In this document: in pieces, positions 1 to 6,688 of the stretch | Numbering within the stretch: position 1 is the first letter of the stretch | Layout: the number at the start of each line of letters is the position of its first letter | NCBI GenBank assembly: GCA_037137395.1 | Contig: JBAXKK010000065.1 | Span: 1-14,852 of the forward strand | DNA length: 14,852 bases | Direction: 5' to 3' | DNA from: Elusimicrobiota bacterium | GTDB lineage: Bacteria; Elusimicrobiota; Elusimicrobia; Elusimicrobiales; UBA9959 | Position numbers and translations under genes: made by a program | Notes under the pieces: model-generated | Seen by the model: only the letters and a program-made list of their open reading frames with translations | Databases searched by the model: none | Told to the model about the DNA's origin: nothing

Positions 1-49
1 AGGGTTCTTAGGAGGCGGTGGACGGTGGTATTGAAGCGGCTCCAAAGTT

Positions 50-214
50 CATCCGTAAGTAATAATGTGGACTGCCTTATGCGGGCGGTTTGGCGGGCTT
101 GCGGGCTGTGGTTTTTGCGGTTTCTGCATTTGTTTTTTTCCTCAAGAAATAAAAAATTAAATGGCGCGTAAAATTCTGCATTTCGGAATTTTTTGTCGGA
201 GATTTTGATGTTCC
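50..214. repeat. Left arm of a perfect 165-bp inverted repeat (partner 2148-2312)
   Basis: 50-214 (catccgtaagtaataatgtgg...gattttgatgttcc) is the base-for-base reverse complement of 2148-2312 (ggaacatcaaaatctcc...attacttacggatg); checked by eye including the 7-nt T/A homopolymer. Confidence 0.97.
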
Positions 215-254
215 AGAACCAGCAGAGTTGAACCGGTGGCCACCGGCTGATTAA

Positions 255-308
255 AACACCGCCCCGGCTTGCTTCGCTGCGCCCGGGCGGTATTTTCTGT
301 TATTTTTA
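255..308. terminator. GC-rich hairpin with A/T-rich flanks, possible bidirectional intrinsic terminator
   Basis: aaaac-accgccc...gggcggt-atttt stem, preceded by an A-run and followed by ttttctgttattttt. Confidence 0.45.
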
Positions 309-487
309 TGTCGCCACCGGAAGAGGCAGAAACAACCCATACAATAAGGAAGCTAAGGCCGGGACAGCCCGAAGCCGGGCAGACCCGGCCTTAGCCGCCT
401 TATTTTATCCCGCCCACCCATTTGCGCGCTTTTACGCCGCGCAAAAGCGCACATTTACCCCATAAAAAGAAACCCGCAATAAGTGTA

Positions 488-503
488 AAATTATGTATAA
501 TTT
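488..503 (+). promoter_or_regulatory. -10 box TATAAT (496-501) inside a 7-2-7 palindrome; probable leaderless promoter and operator of the HTH-LSR operon
   Basis: aaattat-gt-ataattt; ATG at 508 lies 7 nt after TATAAT; no consensus -35 seen. Confidence 0.55.
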
Positions 504-507
504 ATCT

Positions 508-681
508 ATGAAGCGCTACAACATGGTTCATGCCGCCAAACTCCTGGACGTAACACGGCAAACCTTATATAACTGGATCAGGCGCGGGTGGGTAAAACCC
601 GGCCGCGATTACAAGGACTACCCGGTATTCACGGAGTCGGATATGCGCAAGATAAAAAAGTGGAAAGACACCATAAGGTAG
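508..681 (+). CDS. Small MerR/excisionase-like helix-turn-helix DNA-binding protein (candidate recombination directionality factor or regulator)
   Basis: AAKLLDVTRQTLYNWIRRGWVKPGRD...FT..D pattern typical of MerR-type/HTH_17 domains; ends 4 nt before the LSR. Start moved from 493 to 508 because 496-501 is a -10 box. Confidence 0.8.
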   Translation: MKRYNMVHAAKLLDVTRQTLYNWIRRGWVKPGRDYKDYPVFTESDMRKIKKWKDTIR

Positions 682-685
682 CTAA

Positions 686-2320
686 ATGAAAACAGCCCTA
701 TATCTTAGAGTTTCAACAGAGGACCAGGCCAAGGAAGGTTATTCCCTTGAAGTGCAAAGGGAAACCCTTGAGGCCTATGCCAAGCGGGAAGGCCATGAGG
801 TTTACAAGGTCTACTCGGACGACGGCATTAGCGGGTATACCTCGGACAGGCGGCCCGCGCTTGCCGCACTTTTGGCTGACGCCAAAAGCGGCAAGTTCGA
901 GCTGGTACTGGTTTCCAAGCTGGACCGGTTCAGCCGCAACCTGAGAGACCTCTTAAATTTGGTGGACGAGCTTTGCAGCTACGGCGTGGGCTTTAAATCT
1001 GCGGGGGAGCCTTTTGACACCACAACCTCTGCCGGCAAGCTGATGTTCCAGCAGCTTGGCAGTTTCGCGGAGTTTGAGCGCAACCGCATAGCGGAGCGCG
1101 TGTTCCCCGGCATGATAAAGGGCGCTATGCAGGGTAAGTGGTTGGGCTCAAGGTTCGCGCCCTACGGCTACATCTACAACAAGTCAGCCAAGCTGCTGGA
1201 AGTGGCTGAAAGCGAGGCCGAGGTTGTGCGGCAGATCTTCGCCCTGTACCTTGAGGGAAAAAGCACATGGGCCATAGCTGGTATACTGTCCAAGAAAGGC
1301 GTAAAGAACCGCAAAGGTAACCACCTTGGCTCCAAGACCATAGGCGACATTCTTAAAAACCCTATCTATATCGGCAAGATAGTCTGGAATACCCACCACT
1401 ACGACAAGACCAAGAAGACGCCCAAGGGCTACAAGTCTGTCAAAAACTCTCCGGACAAAATAATTACCGCGCAGGGCAAGCATAAGGCCATTATCGGCGA
1501 CGAAGTTTTTGCGCAAGCGCAAAAGCTTCGCGCCGAAAGGCGCATCTACCTGCGCAAGGCCCGCCCCGGCGACTACCTTTTGTCCGGCCTGCTCTTTTGC
1601 GGCAAGTGCAACCACAAGTATATAGGCGCTTCCTCTATCTCCAACCACCGCACGAAGGCCACTAAGAAATGGTACCGTTGTTCCTCGCGGAACAACGGCT
1701 ATCTGTCTTGCCACAACAATAGCGTTAAGGCCGACGACCTGGAACCGCAGTTGGCCGAAGCTATAGATACTCTGTTAAAAATTGACAAGATCGGGAGCCG
1801 ATGGCCGAACATGATTGGTCCGGCCATCAGGCTCCCTGAAGAGGATAAAAAGGCCGAAAATGAGGTTAAAGCCGACCTTAAGTCTTTCCTTGACCGGCAG
1901 GGCAAATTGACCGACCTTTTCCTTGACGGGTTTATTACAAAGGAAGTTTTTGAAGCGAAAAATGTGCTTCTGATGGAACAGATAGAAGAGCTGAAAAAGT
2001 TCGCGGCCCTCTACGATCTGCGCCAGATAGACCGCGAAAAATCCGCGGACTATCTGGCGCGGGCGCATGAATACGTTTCCGACGTGGAACCGCGGCAGAA
2101 AGTGCTCAGTCCCACCGAGCAAAAGCGCCTTCTCAACCTGGTGTTCAGGAACATCAAAATCTCCGACAAAAAATTCCGAAATGCAGAATTTTACGCGCCA
2201 TTTAATTTTTTATTTCTTGAGGAAAAAAACAAATGCAGAAACCGCAAAAACCACAGCCCGCAAGCCCGCCAAACCGCCCGCATAAGGCAGTCCACATTAT
2301 TACTTACGGATGCCAGATGA
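686..2320 (+). CDS. Large serine recombinase (serine integrase family)
   Basis: N-terminal resolvase catalytic motif YLRVSTEDQ (Ser10), SG..RP, KLDRFSRN, FAEFER..I.ER; recombinase domain (PYGY, ILKNPIYIG); zinc ribbon LLSGLLFCGKC...YRC...C; C-terminal coiled-coil region. Confidence 0.95.
   Translation: MKTALYLRVSTEDQAKEGYSLEVQRETLEAYAKREGHEVYKVYSDDGISGYTSDRRPALAALLADAKSGKFELVLVSKLDRFSRNLRDLLNLVDELCSYGVGFKSAGEPFDTTTSAGKLMFQQLGSFAEFERNRIAERVFPGMIKGAMQGKWLGSRFAPYGYIYNKSAKLLEVAESEAEVVRQIFALYLEGKSTWAIAGILSKKGVKNRKGNHLGSKTIGDILKNPIYIGKIVWNTHHYDKTKKTPKGYKSVKNSPDKIITAQGKHKAIIGDEVFAQAQKLRAERRIYLRKARPGDYLLSGLLFCGKCNHKYIGASSISNHRTKATKKWYRCSSRNNGYLSCHNNSVKADDLEPQLAEAIDTLLKIDKIGSRWPNMIGPAIRLPEEDKKAENEVKADLKSFLDRQGKLTDLFLDGFITKEVFEAKNVLLMEQIEELKKFAALYDLRQIDREKSADYLARAHEYVSDVEPRQKVLSPTEQKRLLNLVFRNIKISDKKFRNAEFYAPFNFLFLEEKNKCRNRKNHSPQARQTARIRQSTLLLTDAR
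2148..2312. repeat. Right arm of the 165-bp inverted repeat (partner 50-214)
   Basis: Exact reverse complement of 50-214; covers the LSR 3' coding region, the miaB start codon (2233) and codons up to TYG. Confidence 0.97.
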
Positions 2321-3585
2321 ACGAGGCGGACTCGGAATTGATGGCGGCTTCGTTTATAAAGCGGGGCTTTAAATTGACCGACGACCTGAAAAGTGCGGAC
2401 GCCGTGGTGGTCAACACCTGCACCGTGCGCCAGCGCGCCGAGGATAAAGCCATCTCACAGATAGGCCGCCTCCGCGTCTGGAAAAAAAACCATCCGGAAG
2501 GCAAAATATTTATCGCTGGCTGCGCCGCCCAGAAGTTGGGGGGCAAACACCTGAAGCACCGGTTCCCTTTTGTGGACGAAGTCATCGGGGCAAAGAGTAT
2601 AGATAAAGTGGACGCAACAGTTGAGATGTATTATAGCGCGGCAGCGCGGCAGCAAGACAGAGCGGCAGTTACAACCAATGCCTCACTATCCACTGACCAC
2701 TTGCCACTCGCCACTGTTTCTAATGTCTCCGCCTATGTTACGGCTATGCGCGGGTGTTCGCTTAAATGCACCTACTGCATAGTGCCCGAGGTCCGCGGCC
2801 CCGCCAGTTATCTTCCGCCTGAAGAGATACTGGCTGATGCGGCGTCAAAGGCCGCGGCCGGCGCCAGGGAGATAATCCTGCTGGGCCAGACCGTCAACGC
2901 CTACGCTTACAAAACGCCTGAAGGCACCGTCTCTTTCGCTGACTTACTTTCGAAAACCTCCGCCGTCACCGGAGTCAGCCGCGTGCGCTTCATGAGCCCG
3001 CACCCGCTTTATTTCAACGCGGACTTTTTCCGCGTCTTCAGGGATAATCCCAAAATAGCCCGCTATGTACATCTGCCGGTGCAGAGCGGCTCCGACCGCA
3101 TACTTAAAGCCATGCGCAGGGGATATACCCGGGCTGAGTACCTGGACATAGTCGCCAAAATACGGGAGGCCGCGCCTGAAGCGGCCGTTTCCACAGATTT
3201 CATAGTCGGATATCCCGGCGAAACCGAGGCGGATTTCAAGGAAACGCTATCCCTGGTAGCCGCGAGCGGCATCTCTTTCGCTTACTGTTTTAAGTATTCC
3301 CAACGCACCGACGCCGCGGGTCTGGCCCCGGATCTGGGCGAAGCGGAAATGGAAGAGCGGCTTAGCCGGCTGCTGGCCGAAGTGAAGAAAAATTCAAGTG
3401 ACATTTTAAACAAAAGAATTGGTAGAATAGAGGAAGTTCTCCTTGAAGCCGAAGATTTCGGGAGAACCTCGGCTAATTTTATAGTGAGGCTGGACCGAAA
3501 AACAGGGCTTAGGCCCGGCAGCCTTATTCAGGCGGAAATAACCGGGGTCAGTAAGAACACCTTAAAAGGAAGGCTTACATTATGA
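2233..3585 (+). CDS. miaB: tRNA-2-methylthio-N6-dimethylallyladenosine synthase (radical SAM methylthiotransferase)
   Basis: TYGCQMN, NTCTVR..AE.K, AGC (UPF0004 cysteines); radical SAM CxxxCxxC (CSLKCTYC), LLGQTVNAY, HLPVQSGSD.IL..M.RGY, STDFIVGYPGETEADF; TRAM-like C-terminus; close to miaA. Confidence 0.9.
   Translation: MQKPQKPQPASPPNRPHKAVHIITYGCQMNEADSELMAASFIKRGFKLTDDLKSADAVVVNTCTVRQRAEDKAISQIGRLRVWKKNHPEGKIFIAGCAAQKLGGKHLKHRFPFVDEVIGAKSIDKVDATVEMYYSAAARQQDRAAVTTNASLSTDHLPLATVSNVSAYVTAMRGCSLKCTYCIVPEVRGPASYLPPEEILADAASKAAAGAREIILLGQTVNAYAYKTPEGTVSFADLLSKTSAVTGVSRVRFMSPHPLYFNADFFRVFRDNPKIARYVHLPVQSGSDRILKAMRRGYTRAEYLDIVAKIREAAPEAAVSTDFIVGYPGETEADFKETLSLVAASGISFAYCFKYSQRTDAAGLAPDLGEAEMEERLSRLLAEVKKNSSDILNKRIGRIEEVLLEAEDFGRTSANFIVRLDRKTGLRPGSLIQAEITGVSKNTLKGRLTL
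2636..2718 (+). repeat. In-frame block of degenerate octamer (cagcgcgg/cagcaaga) and heptamer (cactatc, cactgac, cacttgc, cactcgc, cactgtt) repeats within miaB
   Basis: Periodicity is directly visible; 2642-2660 is identical to intergenic 14693-14711; the heptamers match the intergenic family at 4071-4172. Confidence 0.75.
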
Positions 3586-4064
3586 ATAAGAAAGACCATA
3601 AAGTTTTTAAAGAAAGAAGAGAGCACGTGCGCCTGCCGATCCTGCACGGCATACTCGAACCGGTGGAACTTGAGTTCTACGCCAAAGGCCCGAACGGCGA
3701 GCACACGCCCCAACCCGCCATCCTGATAGATCTTTCTGCAGGCGGCATGCGCCTTATAACCTTCCTTGAGCCGCCCCATTCCAAAGAGCTCAACATGATA
3801 CTGAAGCTCGCCGGCGTAAAAGAAATGCCCATAACCGGCAAGATTTCCTGGGTCAAGCAAAAAGGCGGCGTCTTCATGAGCGGCATTATTTTTTCAGGCA
3901 TCAGCCACGATGACAAAAAACGCATAAGCGACATGGCGGAAGATTATGTTGACTGCGACACCCGCATCGCGCTCAAACTGCCTGAAGTCTGCGTGGAAAA
4001 CTGCAGGGCGCACGGCGTATGCAACAAGCCGCAGAAAGACGAATCTCTGTTCAAAAAAAAGTAA
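3582..4064 (+). CDS. PilZ-domain (c-di-GMP-binding) protein with a Cys/His-rich C-terminal tail
   Basis: RxxxR (RREHVR) and DxSxxG (DLSAGG) motifs, later GKISWV...GI.F; 4-nt ATGA overlap with the miaB stop. Confidence 0.8.
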   Translation: MNKKDHKVFKERREHVRLPILHGILEPVELEFYAKGPNGEHTPQPAILIDLSAGGMRLITFLEPPHSKELNMILKLAGVKEMPITGKISWVKQKGGVFMSGIIFSGISHDDKKRISDMAEDYVDCDTRIALKLPEVCVENCRAHGVCNKPQKDESLFKKK

Positions 4065-4070
4065 CAACGA

Positions 4071-4172
4071 CAGTGGTTAGTGAATAGTGGCGAGTGGCTA
4101 GTGTAGTGATAAAAAGTTTTCTTATTTTGGCTTCTTCGACTATCCACTAGTCACTGACCACCAGCCACTATT
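4071..4172. repeat. Inverted arrays of degenerate heptamer repeats (tagtggN-like / ccactaN-like)
   Basis: cagtggt-tagtgaa-tagtggc-gagtggc-tagtg at 4071-4108 and complementary ctatcca-ctagtca-ctgacca-ccagcca-ctat at 4140-4171. Confidence 0.8.
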
Positions 4173-4174
4173 TC

Positions 4175-5137
4175 ATGTTTCATCAATCCAATAAACCCAT
4201 AACCATTATGGGGGCTAACGCCTCCGGCAAGACCGCTCTGGCGGTAGCGCTGGCAAAAAAAACCGGCGGGGAAATAATCTCCGCCGATTCAAAACAGGTC
4301 TACAAATACCTTTCAGCCGGAACTTCTAAACCGATCGGACAATGGACCGAGGTTCTGGGCCGGAGTATTTACCTCGTGGATGGAGTGCCCTGCCATCTTG
4401 TAGATACAACCGACCCCAAAAACGCTTACGACGCAGGAACTTTTGTTAAGGACGCCAAGGCGCTCATTGATTCTATCTCAGCTTCAGGCAAGACCCCCAT
4501 AATCGCCGGCGGCACCGGCATGTACGTGCAGGCCCTCTGGAACGGCCTGGACCCGCTGCCAGGTCCGGATCCTAAAATGCGGGAGTCGCTGGCCGCTTTC
4601 GCCGGAGAAAAGGGCAGGGAAGCCCTGCACGCCGAACTTGTCATGCTTGACCCCAAGGCCGCGGCGCAAATTCCGCCAAACAATATCCAGCGCGTCATCC
4701 GGGCTATAGAGGTCAGCCGCCTGGCCGGCCGGCCGGTTTCAGAACTCTGGTCCGGGAAATTCTTCGACGCCCTGCCGGAACATCTCGGCAAATTCGTATT
4801 TTTAAAATGGGAAAAGAATATACTTAACGAAAGGATAAAGAACCGGACTGTGGCGGTTTTTGACGCCTGGGCGGACGAGACAAGGGACTTGCTGAAGCGC
4901 GGCTACCCCGAGGACGCTCCGGGCCTGAAATCGCTGGGCTATCCGCAGGTGATAGATTTTATCGCGGGCAGGATGCCGCGCGCGGAGGCCATACATTCCA
5001 TCGTAACGCTCTCGATGTCCTACGCTAAACGCCAGAACACCTGGTTCGGCAGGTACAAGAACGCCATGCGCTTTGATCTGGCGTCCCAATCTGATTTTGA
5101 TACTGAAATGCTGGCGGGGAAAATATTAGGAGATTAG
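4175..5137 (+). CDS. miaA: tRNA dimethylallyltransferase
   Basis: P-loop GANASGKT, EIISADSKQVY...GTSKP, HLVD, GGTGMY, RVIRAIEV, LGY, YAKRQNTWF. Confidence 0.95.
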   Translation: MFHQSNKPITIMGANASGKTALAVALAKKTGGEIISADSKQVYKYLSAGTSKPIGQWTEVLGRSIYLVDGVPCHLVDTTDPKNAYDAGTFVKDAKALIDSISASGKTPIIAGGTGMYVQALWNGLDPLPGPDPKMRESLAAFAGEKGREALHAELVMLDPKAAAQIPPNNIQRVIRAIEVSRLAGRPVSELWSGKFFDALPEHLGKFVFLKWEKNILNERIKNRTVAVFDAWADETRDLLKRGYPEDAPGLKSLGYPQVIDFIAGRMPRAEAIHSIVTLSMSYAKRQNTWFGRYKNAMRFDLASQSDFDTEMLAGKILGD

Positions 5138-5164
5138 ACTCACGGCTGCCGTGGGACTGGGGTG

Positions 5165-5361
5165 GGGAGAGGGTAAATTCCCTGTGCGCTCCGCAGACCG
5201 GGTTTTGCTAAACGAAGGCCGGGGTTTTCCGCCGGCTGCAGAACTCGGCCCGCACACAGTGCGTGCCTCAAACATTCTTCGCCTTCCCTAATGATAGGGA
5301 TGCGCTCCAGACCCAGGCCTTAAAACCCTCAATGGAGCGCACAGGGAATTTACCCTCTCCC
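5165..5361. repeat. 197-bp palindromic (MITE/REP-like) element with perfect 28-bp terminal inverted repeats
   Basis: gggagagggtaaattccctgtgcgctcc (5165-5192) vs ggagcgcacagggaatttaccctctccc (5334-5361); inner pair gggtttt/aaaaccc and small internal hairpins. Confidence 0.85.
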
Positions 5362-5390
5362 GGGATAAAAATTTAAAGGTAAATAATTTT

Positions 5391-6641
5391 ATGAAAGCTA
5401 CTCTGATCGCCGCTTTTTTAAAGAGAAAGACCAAGGGCCGCCCGGATCCGGAAGTGGCACTCGAGGAACTGGTGCGTCTCGCCGAGACCGGCGATCTGGA
5501 AGTCATAAAAAAATATCTGATACCGCGGCCGCGCTTTAACCCGGCGACGCTTGTCGGTTCCGGCAAGGTAGAAGAGCTAAAAAAACATGTGGAGGAGGAA
5601 AAGCCCTCAATTATTATTTTTGATGAAGAGCTCACGCCCGCCCAGCAGCGCAACCTTGAGCGGGCGCTTGGCGTACCGGTTATTGATCGCACCTACCTGA
5701 TCCTTGAAATATTTTCACGCCGCGCACGGACGCGGGAAGGCAAGCTGCAGGTCAGGTTGGCCCGCCTTTCCTACGACCTGACGCACCTCACCGGCAAAGG
5801 CGCGACCATGGGCCAGCAGCAGGGAATGATAGGCACGCGCGGCCCCGGCGAACGCCAGCTGGAGTATGACAGGCGCACGCTCAGGGATAAGATAACCGAA
5901 TTAAAAAACGAACTGGATGCCATAAGGAATGAGCGGGCCACCCAACGTAAGAACCGGGACGCCGTCCCCATGCCGCAGGCCGCCATAGTGGGCTACACCA
6001 ACGCCGGCAAATCTACCCTTCTAAACTTCCTCACCGCGCAGAAACACGCCATTTACGCTGACGATAAACTTTTCGCCACGCTTGACCCGACCACAAAGCG
6101 CGTGCGCCTGCCCGGGGGAGGCTGGGCCCTGCTGACAGATACCGTGGGCTTTATCCAGAAGCTACCGCACAACCTTATAGCCGCTTTCCGCTCCACGCTG
6201 GAAGAAACGGCTTATTCCGATATTATCATCCACGTCCATGATATGTCTTCGCCCCACATGAAACTGCAGCATACGGCAGTGCAGGAAACTCTGAAGGAAT
6301 TGGATCTGGCCGGGATACCGGTAATAAATGTATACAACAAGATAGACGCCGTGCCAGATCATCGCCTTCGCGCCGAAGGGCTGCGGCGCCTGCGCCCGAT
6401 TTTAGTGTCAGCTATTACCGGGGAAGGGATCCCCGAGCTGATGGCCCGGGTTGAGCAGACCATCACCGCGAAATGGCCGGACTACGAACTGAGCCTGCCG
6501 ATGGGCAGGCAAAAGGTGCTCTCGGAAATTTATAAGAACGGCCTAGTCAAAAGCGCGGTCTACGGCCCCGAAGAGATAAAAGTGAATTTTAAAGCAACCA
6601 AAGAAAACTATCAGCGCATACTGAAACTGTTGGGGGAGTAA
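5391..6641 (+). CDS. hflX: Ribosome-associated GTPase HflX
   Basis: GSGKVEE, LTPAQQRNLE, VIDRT.LILEIF..RARTREGKLQV, GTRGPGE.QLEYDRR, G1 GYTNAGKST, LFATLDPT, DTVGFI, NKID. Confidence 0.97.
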   Translation: MKATLIAAFLKRKTKGRPDPEVALEELVRLAETGDLEVIKKYLIPRPRFNPATLVGSGKVEELKKHVEEEKPSIIIFDEELTPAQQRNLERALGVPVIDRTYLILEIFSRRARTREGKLQVRLARLSYDLTHLTGKGATMGQQQGMIGTRGPGERQLEYDRRTLRDKITELKNELDAIRNERATQRKNRDAVPMPQAAIVGYTNAGKSTLLNFLTAQKHAIYADDKLFATLDPTTKRVRLPGGGWALLTDTVGFIQKLPHNLIAAFRSTLEETAYSDIIIHVHDMSSPHMKLQHTAVQETLKELDLAGIPVINVYNKIDAVPDHRLRAEGLRRLRPILVSAITGEGIPELMARVEQTITAKWPDYELSLPMGRQKVLSEIYKNGLVKSAVYGPEEIKVNFKATKENYQRILKLLGE

Positions 6642-6676
6642 CAGCGCGGCAGGGGGCGTTGGGCGCGGTTTTTATA

Positions 6677-6682
6677 TATAAT
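6677..6682 (+). promoter_or_regulatory. -10 box (TATAAT), probable leaderless promoter for plsY
   Basis: TATAAT 7 nt upstream of ATG 6689, no Shine-Dalgarno; same geometry as at 496-508. Confidence 0.5.
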
Positions 6683-6688
6683 CTTAAT

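Larger units (their letters stand above)
50..2312. mobile_element. Putative recombinase module (HTH + LSR) bounded by 165-bp inverted repeats at the miaB 5' end
   Basis: Inverted repeats enclose only the structured spacer, the HTH gene and the LSR; mobility or inversion is inferred, not shown. Confidence 0.5.

Noticed and set aside
49..129. Second miaB gene on the minus strand
   Set aside because: Only 26 codons (MQKP...TYG) before TGA; it is part of the inverted repeat, not a gene.
25..171. Short + strand ORF (GTG start) after an AGGAGG at 10-15
   Set aside because: About 48 codons, almost entirely antisense to the duplicated LSR/miaB sequence; no recognisable protein.
493..2320. IS607-family transposon (MerR HTH plus serine recombinase)
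   Set aside because: IS607 TnpA is a short fused HTH-catalytic protein usually followed by tnpB; here the HTH is separate, the recombinase is a 544-aa LSR with a zinc ribbon and there is no tnpB.
5138..5390. hfq between miaA and hflX
   Set aside because: No Sm-like ORF of suitable size in the ORF track; the space is filled by a palindromic element.
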